This document shows positions 12,401-21,444 of a stretch of 32,000 bases of DNA, in pieces. The stretch's first letter is position 1. The number at the start of each line of letters is the position of its first letter. The notes below the pieces were generated by a model. That model saw only the letters and a list, made by a program, of their open reading frames with translations. It made no database searches and was not told where the DNA came from. Source of the DNA: Pasteurella multocida (GTDB taxonomy: Bacteria > Pseudomonadota > Gammaproteobacteria > Enterobacterales > Pasteurellaceae); the NCBI RefSeq assembly GCF_900187275.1, contig NZ_LT906458.1, positions 330,001 through 362,000 of the forward strand. The letters run 5' to 3'. The translations under genes were made by a program, and so were the position numbers.

Positions 12401-12791
12401 ACGTTTGGTCAACTGGGCACTTAATGATTCGGTTACGCGTGTGGTGATTCGTGTTGGAGTAGGCTATGGTTCAGATCTGGAGTTAACCAAACGTTTATTA
12501 CTGCAAGCGGCGACAGAATGTGATCGTGTATTGAAAGATCCAGAACCGGTAGTGTACTTCTTAAACTTTGGGGCAAGCTCATTGGATCATGAGTTACGTT
12601 TATACGTAGGCAAATTGGCAGATCGGAATCCGACAGTCGATTGCTTAAACCGTCGTATTAACAGCTTATTTGAAGAAAATAATATTGAAATTTCATTTAA
12701 CCAGTTGGATGTCTTCATTAAAAATCAGGTAACCAACGAAGAAATTAAACTGAATCAACAATGTTTTCCAACGCAAAAACAGGAAGGATAA
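9450..12791 (+). CDS. mscK: Large MscS-family mechanosensitive channel (MscK/KefA type)
   Basis: 1113 aa: signal peptide, long coiled-coil periplasmic domain, many TMs, C-terminal MscS core ([31 protein letters not shown]). 4-nt overlap with menE. Confidence 0.88.
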   Translation: [1113 protein letters not shown]

Positions 12792-12794
12792 AAG

Positions 12795-13868
12795 ATGGCA
12801 GGAAATACAATTGGGCAACTTTTTCAGGTAACAACATTTGGTGAATCACATGGGATTGCGCTCGGCTGTATTGTGGATGGTGTACCACCCGGGCTGAGTT
12901 TATCTGAGGCAGACATTCAACCTGATTTAGATCGCCGTAAACCCGGTACATCGCGTTATACCACACCGCGTCGTGAAGATGACGAAGTGCAGATTTTATC
13001 GGGTGTGTTTGAAGGTAAAACCACGGGGACGAGTATCGGGATGATCATCAAAAATGCGGATCAACGTTCGCAAGATTATGGTGACATTAAAGATCGTTTT
13101 CGTCCTGGACACGCTGATTTTACCTACCAACAAAAATACGGGATACGCGATTATCGTGGTGGTGGGCGTTCTTCCGCACGAGAAACAGCCATGCGAGTTG
13201 CCGCAGGTGCCATCGCGAAAAAATATTTGCGTGAGCATTTTGGCGTAGAGGTGAGAGGCTTTTTGGCTCAAATTGGTGATGTGGCGATTGCCCCGCAAGT
13301 GATTGAGCAAATTGATTGGCAACAAGTCAACAGTAATCCGTTCTTTTGTCCGGATCCGAGTGCGGTGGAAAAATTTGATGAATTAATTCGTCAGCTGAAA
13401 AAAGAGGGTGATTCGATTGGGGCAAAATTAACGGTAGTGGCAGAAAATGTGCCAGTTGGCTTGGGTGAACCCGTGTTTGATCGTTTAGATGCGGATCTGG
13501 CTCACGCTTTGATGGGCATTAATGCGGTGAAAGCAGTGGAAATTGGTGATGGCTTTGCGGTGGTTAATCAGCGTGGTTCAGCACATCGCGATGAAATGAC
13601 GCCGGAAGGCTTTTTGTCTAATCATGCGGGTGGTATTCTGGGCGGTATTAGCTCAGGTCAACCGATTGTCGCGACAATTGCTTTAAAACCAACTTCAAGC
13701 ATCACAATTCCGGGGCGTTCAGTCAATCTTGCCAATGAGCCTGTCGAGGTGGTTACGAAAGGACGTCATGATCCTTGTGTGGGGATTCGTGCCGTACCGA
13801 TTGCTGAAGCGATGGTTGCGATTGTCTTACTCGATCACTTATTAAGACATAAAGCGCAAAATAGATAA
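12795..13868 (+). CDS. aroC: Chorismate synthase
   Basis: 357 aa: [47 protein letters not shown]. Confidence 0.98.
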   Translation: MAGNTIGQLFQVTTFGESHGIALGCIVDGVPPGLSLSEADIQPDLDRRKPGTSRYTTPRREDDEVQILSGVFEGKTTGTSIGMIIKNADQRSQDYGDIKDRFRPGHADFTYQQKYGIRDYRGGGRSSARETAMRVAAGAIAKKYLREHFGVEVRGFLAQIGDVAIAPQVIEQIDWQQVNSNPFFCPDPSAVEKFDELIRQLKKEGDSIGAKLTVVAENVPVGLGEPVFDRLDADLAHALMGINAVKAVEIGDGFAVVNQRGSAHRDEMTPEGFLSNHAGGILGGISSGQPIVATIALKPTSSITIPGRSVNLANEPVEVVTKGRHDPCVGIRAVPIAEAMVAIVLLDHLLRHKAQNR

Positions 13869-13932
13869 TGATGAAGTCATGTGCAAAGGATGGCACCAAC
13901 ACGAGGTTTAATTGAGGATGACATCCACGAAT

Positions 13933-14793
13933 ATGATGAAAAAAAGCGTTAATATCGCGGTTATGTTGACCGCACTTTTCAGCCTGTTGTGTAGCCTTGC
14001 TTATGCGTCGCCACAAGAATGGCAGAAAATCAAACGCCCGATTCCGGGCAGCCCTGAGCCGATTGGTAGTTATTCCAATGGCTGTATTATTGGCGCGCAA
14101 GCTTTACCCTATAAAGGTGATGGCTATCAAGTGATTCGTAAAAATCGCAATCGTTATTATGGTCACCCCGATATGATTGACTATTTGCAACGTTTGGGCA
14201 AAAAAGTCAAAGCCGCAGGATTACCTACAATGCTGATCGGCGATATTGCGATGCCTGGTGGGGGACGTTTTTTGACGGGGCATGCCAGTCACCAAATGGG
14301 CTTAGATGCGGATATTTGGTTGCGTATGGGCACTATGTCTGATCAAGATGCATTGAATTCTGATGGAAAAGGCTTGTTGGTGGTCGATCGTAAAGCACAG
14401 CGTGTAGATGAGCGAGTTTGGAACAACAATCATGCCTTATTAATTAAGCTGGCAGCAGAAGATCCAAAAGTGACGCGTATTTTTGTCAATCCAGCGATTA
14501 AACTCAAATTATGTCAGAGCGCGGGAAATCAGCGAGCATGGTTGCATAAAGTGCGTCCTTGGTTCGGACATGATTCTCACTTTCATGTTCGTTTGACTTG
14601 TCCAAAGGGGGCAAGTTACTGTGAAAATCAAGCACCAGTGCCTGCAGGGGATGGCTGTGGAAGTGAATTATATTCTTGGTTCGAGCCACCGAAACCTACA
14701 AAAACACCAAGTGAACCTAAAGCGGTTCCACAAGCTCCCCCTTTGTGTCAACAGATCTTAAATGCACCCAATCGGAGTGAATGGTTGGAATAA
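13933..14793 (+). CDS. mepA: Penicillin-insensitive murein endopeptidase
   Basis: Signal peptide, GHASHQMGLDADIW and WFGHDSHFHVRLTCP Zn motifs; start picked at MMKKSVN (13933). Confidence 0.93.
   Translation: MMKKSVNIAVMLTALFSLLCSLAYASPQEWQKIKRPIPGSPEPIGSYSNGCIIGAQALPYKGDGYQVIRKNRNRYYGHPDMIDYLQRLGKKVKAAGLPTMLIGDIAMPGGGRFLTGHASHQMGLDADIWLRMGTMSDQDALNSDGKGLLVVDRKAQRVDERVWNNNHALLIKLAAEDPKVTRIFVNPAIKLKLCQSAGNQRAWLHKVRPWFGHDSHFHVRLTCPKGASYCENQAPVPAGDGCGSELYSWFEPPKPTKTPSEPKAVPQAPPLCQQILNAPNRSEWLE
13969..13977 (-). other. DNA uptake signal sequence core inside the mepA signal peptide region
   Basis: Exact ACCGCACTT. Confidence 0.85.
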
Positions 14794-14802
14794 GGAAAAT
14801 AA

Positions 14803-15567
14803 ATGGAAATTGGAATCAATGTGCTTGTACTTCTCTTTGCTGTAGCATTGGTCGCGGGGTTTATTGATGCGATTGCGGGTGGCGGCGGATTAATTACAAT
14901 CCCGGCTTTATTAATGACTGGGATGCCACCAGCACTTGCATTGGGAACTAATAAATTACAAGCTTGCGGGGGTTCTTTTTCCGCGAGCTTATATTTTTTG
15001 CGTCAAAGAGCGGTCAATTTAGCGGAAGTTTGGCTTATTTTATTGATGACGTTTATTGGTGCCTCATTAGGGACTATTTTAATTCAACTTGTCGATAGCG
15101 CCATCATTAAGAAAGTCTTGCCTTTTTTAATTTTAGCCATTGGTTTGTATTTTTTATTTAGTCCTACTTTGGGCAATGAGGATCGCCAAAAACGCATTTC
15201 CTACCTAGCCTTTGCCTTCACTGCCGGTCTAGGTATTGGTTTTTATGACGGTTTTTTTGGTCCGGGAACCGGATCCTTACTGAGTTTAGCCTTTGTGATG
15301 TTATTAGGATTTAATCTGACAAAAGCCACCGCGCATGCAAAAGTGTTAAATTTCACCTCAAATGTCGCTTCGTTGATCTTCTTTTTAATTGGAGGACAGA
15401 TTATGTGGAGTGTGGGATTTGCGATGATGGCAGGGCAATTTATTGGGGCAAACTTAGGCGCCAAAATGGTACTCAGTAAAGGGAAAACATTAATTCGCCC
15501 AATGGTCGTGGTGATGTCATTTATCATGACAATGAAAATGGCCTATGATCAAGGTTGGTTTAGCTAA
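14803..15567 (+). CDS. TSUP family (TauE/SafE-like) membrane protein, YfcA-like
   Basis: 254 aa: DAIAGGGGLITIPALL, GFYDGFFGPGTGS repeats; aroC-mepA-yfcA synteny. Confidence 0.88.
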   Translation: MEIGINVLVLLFAVALVAGFIDAIAGGGGLITIPALLMTGMPPALALGTNKLQACGGSFSASLYFLRQRAVNLAEVWLILLMTFIGASLGTILIQLVDSAIIKKVLPFLILAIGLYFLFSPTLGNEDRQKRISYLAFAFTAGLGIGFYDGFFGPGTGSLLSLAFVMLLGFNLTKATAHAKVLNFTSNVASLIFFLIGGQIMWSVGFAMMAGQFIGANLGAKMVLSKGKTLIRPMVVVMSFIMTMKMAYDQGWFS

Positions 15568-15572
15568 TAGGA

Positions 15573-16529
15573 ATGGCAATGTCAGAAGAAGATACACGTT
15601 TAACGGCTCGCAGTGGTTATCAACCACAGTTTTCATGGTCCTATTTACAGCCAAAATATTGGTTAATTTGGTTAGGCATTTTCGGCTTGATTTTACTTGC
15701 CTTTGTGCCGTTTCGTTTACGTGATAAGTTGGCCAGTTACATTGGGAAAATTGTGGCAAGGAAAGCCAAAAAGCAACGTCACCGTGCCAAGATTAATTTA
15801 CAATATTGTTTTCCTCACTGGACAGAAGCGCAACGTGAACAGACAATCGAAGAAATGTTTGTGATTGTGACGCAAGTCATGTTAGGAATTGGGGAAATTG
15901 CGATACGCTCGAAACGACATTTACAACGCCGTAGTTGTTTCACCGGGCTAGAACATATTCATCGCGCCCGTGAGCAGGGCAAAAATATTATTTTATTAGT
16001 GCCTCATGCTTGGGCAATCGATGCCTCAGGGATTATTTTACATACCCATGGTATGCCAATGACTTCTATGTATAATCCACACCGTAATCCTTTGGTTGAT
16101 TGGTTATGGACTTTTGCCCGTCAACGTTTTGGTGGCAAAATGCATGCCCGTCAAAATGGGATTAAACCGTTTTTAAATCATGTGAAGCAAGGTGATATGG
16201 GCTATTATTTACCAGATGAAGATTATGGGGCAGAGTTAAGTGTATTCGTGGATTTTTTTGCCACATACAAAGCCACTTTACCGGGCATTAATAAAATTGC
16301 ACGCTTAGCGAAGGCAGCGGTGATCCCGATGTTTCCTCGCTATAATGCCTTATCGGGAAAATATGAAATAGAGATTCATCCTGCTATGACATTGAGTGAT
16401 GATCCTGAACAAGCAGCTCGCGCGATGAATCAAGAAATTGAAAGTTTTGTGACGGCTACACCGGCACAATATGTTTGGATTTTACGTTTGCTAAAAACCC
16501 GTAAAGACGGCACCGACATTTATGCTTAA
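15573..16529 (+). CDS. lpxM: Lipid A late acyltransferase (LpxM/MsbB)
   Basis: 318 aa: FSWSYLQPKYWLIWLG, VPHAWAIDASG, PDEDYG acyltransferase motifs. Confidence 0.88.
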   Translation: MAMSEEDTRLTARSGYQPQFSWSYLQPKYWLIWLGIFGLILLAFVPFRLRDKLASYIGKIVARKAKKQRHRAKINLQYCFPHWTEAQREQTIEEMFVIVTQVMLGIGEIAIRSKRHLQRRSCFTGLEHIHRAREQGKNIILLVPHAWAIDASGIILHTHGMPMTSMYNPHRNPLVDWLWTFARQRFGGKMHARQNGIKPFLNHVKQGDMGYYLPDEDYGAELSVFVDFFATYKATLPGINKIARLAKAAVIPMFPRYNALSGKYEIEIHPAMTLSDDPEQAARAMNQEIESFVTATPAQYVWILRLLKTRKDGTDIYA

Positions 16530-16741
16530 GTCAGTGGGCATGTCTGCTTGTCAACGTGATGATCGTCTCCTTTTATCATGATATGACAACGCTGAAGGGG
16601 CTGATAGAAAAGGAGTAAGCCTCGTAGAAAGAGTTGAGTTGCTAGGCATTTTTTGCGAAAATGACGAGCAACATTTTGATTGTATTTTTGTGTAAATGGC
16701 TGGTGTTATCCATTTGAAATCACAAAATAATTTTTATTTTA

Positions 16742-16750
16742 ACCGCACTT
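16742..16750 (-). other. DNA uptake signal sequence core just upstream of apt
   Basis: Exact ACCGCACTT. Confidence 0.85.
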
Positions 16751-16763
16751 ATTAGGCAAAAAA

Positions 16764-17306
16764 ATGAACGATAAACTTGCTTTGATTAAATCTTCCATTA
16801 AGTCTATTCCAAATCATCCCAAAGAAGGGATTATTTTTCGCGACATTACCAGTTTGTTAGAAGTTCCTGCTGCTTTTCAGACCGTGGTTGATCTTTTTGT
16901 GACACGTTATAAAGAAAAAGGGATCACCAAAGTGTTAGGAACAGAATCACGTGGTTTTATTTTTGGTGCACCTGTGGCTTTAGCATTAAATGTCCCTTTT
17001 GTGCTGGTGAGAAAACCGGGCAAATTACCACGTGAAACTATTTCACAAACCTATCAGTTAGAGTATGGACAAGATACGCTTGAAATCCATACTGATGCAA
17101 TTCATGCACAAGATAAAGTTTTGATTATTGATGATTTGCTCGCCACAGGTGGTACCGTAGAAGCCACGGTGAAATTAGTTCAACGTTTAGGCGGTGATGT
17201 GCAAGACGCTGCTTTTGTGATTAACTTGCCTGATTTAGGTGGGGAAGCACGTTTAAATGCATTAGGTATTGATGCTTATACCTTAGTGGACTTTGCTGGG
17301 CATTAA
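16764..17306 (+). CDS. apt: Adenine phosphoribosyltransferase
   Basis: 180 aa; [20 protein letters not shown] motif, ESRGFIFG. Confidence 0.97.
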   Translation: MNDKLALIKSSIKSIPNHPKEGIIFRDITSLLEVPAAFQTVVDLFVTRYKEKGITKVLGTESRGFIFGAPVALALNVPFVLVRKPGKLPRETISQTYQLEYGQDTLEIHTDAIHAQDKVLIIDDLLATGGTVEATVKLVQRLGGDVQDAAFVINLPDLGGEARLNALGIDAYTLVDFAGH

Positions 17307-17340
17307 TCCGCATCTCTGAGTATTGAAGAAAGGAAAATAA

Positions 17341-19485
17341 ATGAGTTATCAAGTCTTGGCACGAAAATGGCGACCAAAAACCTTTAGTGACGTGGTTGGG
17401 CAAACCCATATTTTAACCGCGCTTTCTAATGGGTTGAAAGAAAATCGCCTGCATCATGCCTATCTCTTTTCTGGAACGCGTGGTGTAGGGAAAACGTCGA
17501 TAGCTCGTTTATTTGCGAAAGGCTTAAATTGCGTTCATGGTGTGACAGCTGAACCTTGTGGTGAATGTGAACATTGTAAAGCAATTGAACAGGGAAACTT
17601 TATTGATCTGATTGAAATTGACGCAGCATCACGTACGAAAGTCGAAGATACGCGTGAGTTATTGGATAATGTACAATACAAACCAGTACAAGGACGCTAT
17701 AAGGTTTATCTAATCGACGAAGTCCATATGCTTTCCCGTCATTCGTTTAACGCTTTACTGAAAACCTTAGAAGAACCACCGGAGTATGTCAAATTCTTAC
17801 TGGCGACCACTGATCCGCAAAAACTGCCTATTACGATTTTATCCCGTTGTATGCAGTTTCATTTAAAGGCGTTGGAACAGCAACAAATCGCACAGCATCT
17901 TGAATTTATTCTTACCCAAGAGAAAATCCCCTTTGAGTTTCTTGCGTTAGAAAAATTAGCCAAAGCTGCACAGGGCAGTATTCGTGATAGCTTAAGTTTA
18001 ACGGATCAAGCGATTGCAATGAGTAATGGCAACATTACCTTAAATGTGGTGCATGAGATGTTAGGCTTGCTTGATGATGATCAAGCTTTAGACATTATCC
18101 ATGCTTTGCAACAAGGGCAGGGTGAGTCAGTGATGAAAGGGGTACAAGCCGTTGCGGAAAAAGGGGGAGATTGGGACGAATTATTGCGTGATATCGGCGA
18201 GAATTTGCATAAAATTGCCATGCAACAGTTATTGCCTAGTTCACAGCTGGATGACACGAGTCGAATCGGTTTTCTAGCCAGTCATATTTCACCAGAAGAT
18301 GTGCAGTTTTTCTATCAAGTTATGCTCACGGGACGTAAAGAACTGCCGTATGCGCCAAATCGTCGTATTGGGGTTGAAATGACGTTATTGCGGGCATTAG
18401 CCTTTCATCCTAAATTCGTTGCTGTGGCACCAACGCATGCAACGCCCATCTTTGAGCAAGATACAGGTGGTTCATCAACGCGTCATATTGAAGTCCCGAT
18501 CGTTTCACAAAATATAAAATCGCAATATAAAAGCCAAGTGAAATCAACAGTCGCAGCGCCGGCACAGGTTAGCCCTCCTGTTGAGGAAAAGGTGCACACA
18601 CACACAGAAGAAACGGAAACGTATTCGCCTGCATTTGATGCTTTAGCTCAGATTGATAAATTAGATCATTTAACCATCACACCACAGAAAGAAAAAAAAA
18701 AGTATAGTTCATCAACAGAAGCGTTAGCACCACGGGTTTCCTTATCAAGTGATACCTCCTCTTCTACGTTAACATCATTACCGGTGATTGAAAGTAAACC
18801 GCGTGATACAAGTTTCATAAAAAATAAGGCTTCCGCTTTATCAACACTATCTGCGCCAGAAACGGCGCTATCCTCAGCCTCTCCTTTAAATACGCCTGTA
18901 TTACAAGCAACACAGCATACTGAACCTGAAGGAGAAGACGAAGATGACATCATCGATGATACGCTTTTGGCGGAAACTTATCGTTGGGAATGGCGTAATC
19001 CAGAATTGGCTAAAACACAAGAAGGGATTAAGCCTTCTGCTTTAAAACAGCGTTTAGAACAAGAAATTACGCCTGAATTGCGCGCGAAAGTGATTGATAT
19101 CGCGCGTAAACAAGATTTTTGGACAGATTGTGTAGAGTCACTTGATATCCAGAATTTAACCAAAGAATTAGCCTTAAACTGTATTTTACTTTCACATGAT
19201 GGGGCGGCGTTTCACCTTGGCGTGCGTGACAACAAAGCGCACTTACACACCACGAATGCACAACAGCAGTTACAACAAGCATTGAGCCAGTTACAACAGC
19301 AAGCTATGAATGTGCTGATCTCGCCGACGGACTCTGACAACTTGACACCAACAGAATGGTATCGGCAAACCTATAAAGCGTTGCGTGAAAAAGCGCAACA
19401 AGCGTTACAGCATGATGAGAAATTGCAGCTTTTTTTACATGAATTTAGTGCAGAAATCGAGCTTTCGACAGTAAAACCCATTTAA
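17341..19485 (+). CDS. dnaX: DNA polymerase III subunit tau (gamma/tau)
   Basis: 714 aa; SYQVLARKWRPKTFSDVVGQ, GTRGVGKTSIARLFAK, Zn-binding CEHC..., sensor motifs; low-complexity linker then tau C-domain. Confidence 0.97.
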   Translation: MSYQVLARKWRPKTFSDVVGQTHILTALSNGLKENRLHHAYLFSGTRGVGKTSIARLFAKGLNCVHGVTAEPCGECEHCKAIEQGNFIDLIEIDAASRTKVEDTRELLDNVQYKPVQGRYKVYLIDEVHMLSRHSFNALLKTLEEPPEYVKFLLATTDPQKLPITILSRCMQFHLKALEQQQIAQHLEFILTQEKIPFEFLALEKLAKAAQGSIRDSLSLTDQAIAMSNGNITLNVVHEMLGLLDDDQALDIIHALQQGQGESVMKGVQAVAEKGGDWDELLRDIGENLHKIAMQQLLPSSQLDDTSRIGFLASHISPEDVQFFYQVMLTGRKELPYAPNRRIGVEMTLLRALAFHPKFVAVAPTHATPIFEQDTGGSSTRHIEVPIVSQNIKSQYKSQVKSTVAAPAQVSPPVEEKVHTHTEETETYSPAFDALAQIDKLDHLTITPQKEKKKYSSSTEALAPRVSLSSDTSSSTLTSLPVIESKPRDTSFIKNKASALSTLSAPETALSSASPLNTPVLQATQHTEPEGEDEDDIIDDTLLAETYRWEWRNPELAKTQEGIKPSALKQRLEQEITPELRAKVIDIARKQDFWTDCVESLDIQNLTKELALNCILLSHDGAAFHLGVRDNKAHLHTTNAQQQLQQALSQLQQQAMNVLISPTDSDNLTPTEWYRQTYKALREKAQQALQHDEKLQLFLHEFSAEIELSTVKPI
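18692..18707 (+). promoter_or_regulatory. dnaX: Candidate programmed frameshift/transcriptional slippage site in dnaX (gamma product)
   Basis: A x10 run (18692-18701) with in-frame heptamer A AAA AAG (18696-18702); -1 frame reads GTA TAG immediately (18702-18707). Confidence 0.7.
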
Positions 19486-19492
19486 GTGCGGT
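19484..19492 (+). other. DNA uptake signal sequence core overlapping the dnaX stop codon
   Basis: Exact AAGTGCGGT; its AA is shared with TAA 19483-19485. Confidence 0.85.
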
Positions 19493-19511
19493 CGATTTTA
19501 CGAGAATTTTC

Positions 19512-19533
19512 ACGCCCTCAATCTTGAGGGCGT
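19512..19533 (+). terminator. Rho-independent terminator after dnaX
   Basis: ACGCCCTCAA-TC-TTGAGGGCGT followed by ATTTTTTAG. Confidence 0.88.
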
Positions 19534-19538
19534 ATTTT

Positions 19539-20864
19539 TTAGTCTTCAGAACTTGTCTTGTTCGGGTGTAATCCGACATAACCTCGTTGATGTAGAATAC
19601 TTTCTTTGGATTTTTTGATCATCGTTTCAATCGTAGAACCCTGTACTAGAATTGAGAAGGTGACTACCGCATAAGTCATTACCAGTAATAAATCTCGGAC
19701 ATCCATCCCAATATGCTCAAGATATAACATGCCTTTCGGAATCGATAATGCCATAGCAAGTGACAAACCACCACGTAGCCCACCCCATGTCAGAATACGT
19801 AGTGTATAAGGATTATACGAGCGAAAACGTTGCATCACTTTGAAAGGCATCCACACGCTGATATAGCGTCCGATTAAACAAATTGGAATCGCGAGTATCA
19901 ATAAAATAAAGCCTTGAGCACCGAAATCGACTAAAAGCAGTGCTAAGCCGATCAATAAGAACAGGAGGGAATTTAAGAAGTGATCAATCATTTCCCAAAA
20001 ATGATCAAGGTAGAGTTGGCTTTGTTTGGAAAACCCCGTGTGTCGTGTCCAGTTGCCGATTAAAATACCTGCTACGACCATGGCGAGAGCGCCAGAAACA
20101 TGCAACATATTCGCGAGCATAAAACCAGCGGTAGGAATCGTCAGAGTCAATAGAATTTCCAAACTTCCATCGTCTGTGGATGAAATCAATAAATGTGCTA
20201 CGAAGCCAATCACGAGACCAAACAAAATTCCGCCCACGGCTTCTTGTAAGAATAATTCCGTAATGCCCGCTAATGTTGGGGCGTGCCCGCCAAACGCGAC
20301 AGCAAAAATCGTGGTAAAAATTACTAAACCAACCCCGTCATTAAACAAGGACTCGCCTTCGACTTGCATGGAAAGGCGTTTTGGTGCTTTTAAATTTTTA
20401 ATAATTGCCAGTACCGCGATAGGGTCTGTTGGCGAAATTAAAGCGCCAAATAAAATGCAATAGATCAGGTCAATTGGTAGACCAATGAGATAAGCAACAC
20501 CGTAAAGCAAGACGCCGATAATAAAGGTAGAGGCAAGTGTGGAAAAGAGCGCAAACACCGTGATTTCCCATTTTTGGTTTTTTAAAACGGGTAATTTTAT
20601 ACCTAATGCACCGGCAAATAATAAGAAACCGAGGATACCATTGAGCAGAAAACTTTTGAAATCGAGTTGTTCCATGACTTGTGTGGCAATGATATCTAAT
20701 TTAAACCAAGAAAGGTGACCGAAAATGAGGAAGAGAACAGAAACGATAATGGAGGTGGCGGTGATGGCGATGGTGTATTGGATTTTATCGCTGAGTTTCC
20801 GGGTGACAAACCCAATAAAAATGGAGATCGCGGATAAAAAACAAATATAGGTATAAATATTCAT
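19539..20864 (-). CDS. Cation:proton (Na+/H+) antiporter, CPA1/NhaP-like
   Basis: 441 aa; GALISPTDPIAVLAIIKNLKAPKRLSMQVEGESLFNDGVGLV and TWGGLRGGLSLAMALS motifs. Confidence 0.9.
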   Translation of the reverse strand: MNIYTYICFLSAISIFIGFVTRKLSDKIQYTIAITATSIIVSVLFLIFGHLSWFKLDIIATQVMEQLDFKSFLLNGILGFLLFAGALGIKLPVLKNQKWEITVFALFSTLASTFIIGVLLYGVAYLIGLPIDLIYCILFGALISPTDPIAVLAIIKNLKAPKRLSMQVEGESLFNDGVGLVIFTTIFAVAFGGHAPTLAGITELFLQEAVGGILFGLVIGFVAHLLISSTDDGSLEILLTLTIPTAGFMLANMLHVSGALAMVVAGILIGNWTRHTGFSKQSQLYLDHFWEMIDHFLNSLLFLLIGLALLLVDFGAQGFILLILAIPICLIGRYISVWMPFKVMQRFRSYNPYTLRILTWGGLRGGLSLAMALSIPKGMLYLEHIGMDVRDLLLVMTYAVVTFSILVQGSTIETMIKKSKESILHQRGYVGLHPNKTSSED

Positions 20865-20894
20865 AGGTTGCTTTCCAGAGAGTAAAAGAAAAAA

Positions 20895-20919
20895 GGCTGA
20901 TTTTTCGTGAAAATCAGCC
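20895..20919 (-). terminator. Terminator of the RidA-family gene (minus strand)
   Basis: GGCTGATTTT-TCGTG-AAAATCAGCC with a T6 tract on the minus-strand 3' side. Confidence 0.8.
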
Positions 20920-20989
20920 CGCTAAGTATAAGACAAAATAGGTGCATTTAGAATGGAAAATTGTTTTGTGACATGACTGCGTTTAAAAA

Positions 20990-21343
20990 TTACGCGGCAG
21001 CCGTGAGTACGATCTCTACTTTCCAGTCTGGGTGTGCCAGTCTTGCTTCGACAGTGGCACGTGTTGGTGGATTTTCTTTATCGACCCATTCATCCCACGC
21101 TTTATTCATTTCGTCATAATAATCCATATCGGCAAGATAAATCTGAGCATGAATAATTTGTGCTTTTTTTGAGCCGGCTTCTGATAAAAGTTGATCAATT
21201 AAACCTAACACCTCTTTGGTTTGCTCGTAAGCGGTTTCCGTGGTAGTTTTTTCAGGTACTTGTCCAGCTAAATGGATAATCCCATTATAAATGGCAATTT
21301 CAGATAAACGACCGTTTGAGTGAAAGCGATGCACTTTTCCCAT
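20990..21343 (-). CDS. RidA/YjgF family protein
   Basis: 117 aa; GIIHLAGQVPEKT, QTKEVLGLIDQLLSEAGS, PTRATVEARLAHPDWKVEI. Confidence 0.9.
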   Translation of the reverse strand: MGKVHRFHSNGRLSEIAIYNGIIHLAGQVPEKTTTETAYEQTKEVLGLIDQLLSEAGSKKAQIIHAQIYLADMDYYDEMNKAWDEWVDKENPPTRATVEARLAHPDWKVEIVLTAAA

Positions 21344-21444
21344 CTTTTTGTCCTCTTATTCATGACATAACAAATAAAGATTATATCTATTTTGTATCAA
21401 ACTCGTTAAAATTAAGCAACTTAATTTTGGCATGGTTCTTAATA

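Noticed and set aside
18595-18606. (CA)6 dinucleotide run in dnaX (HTHT...), as a phase-variation candidate
   Set aside because: Only six units, in the low-complexity linker of an essential gene; too short and biologically unlikely to be a contingency locus.
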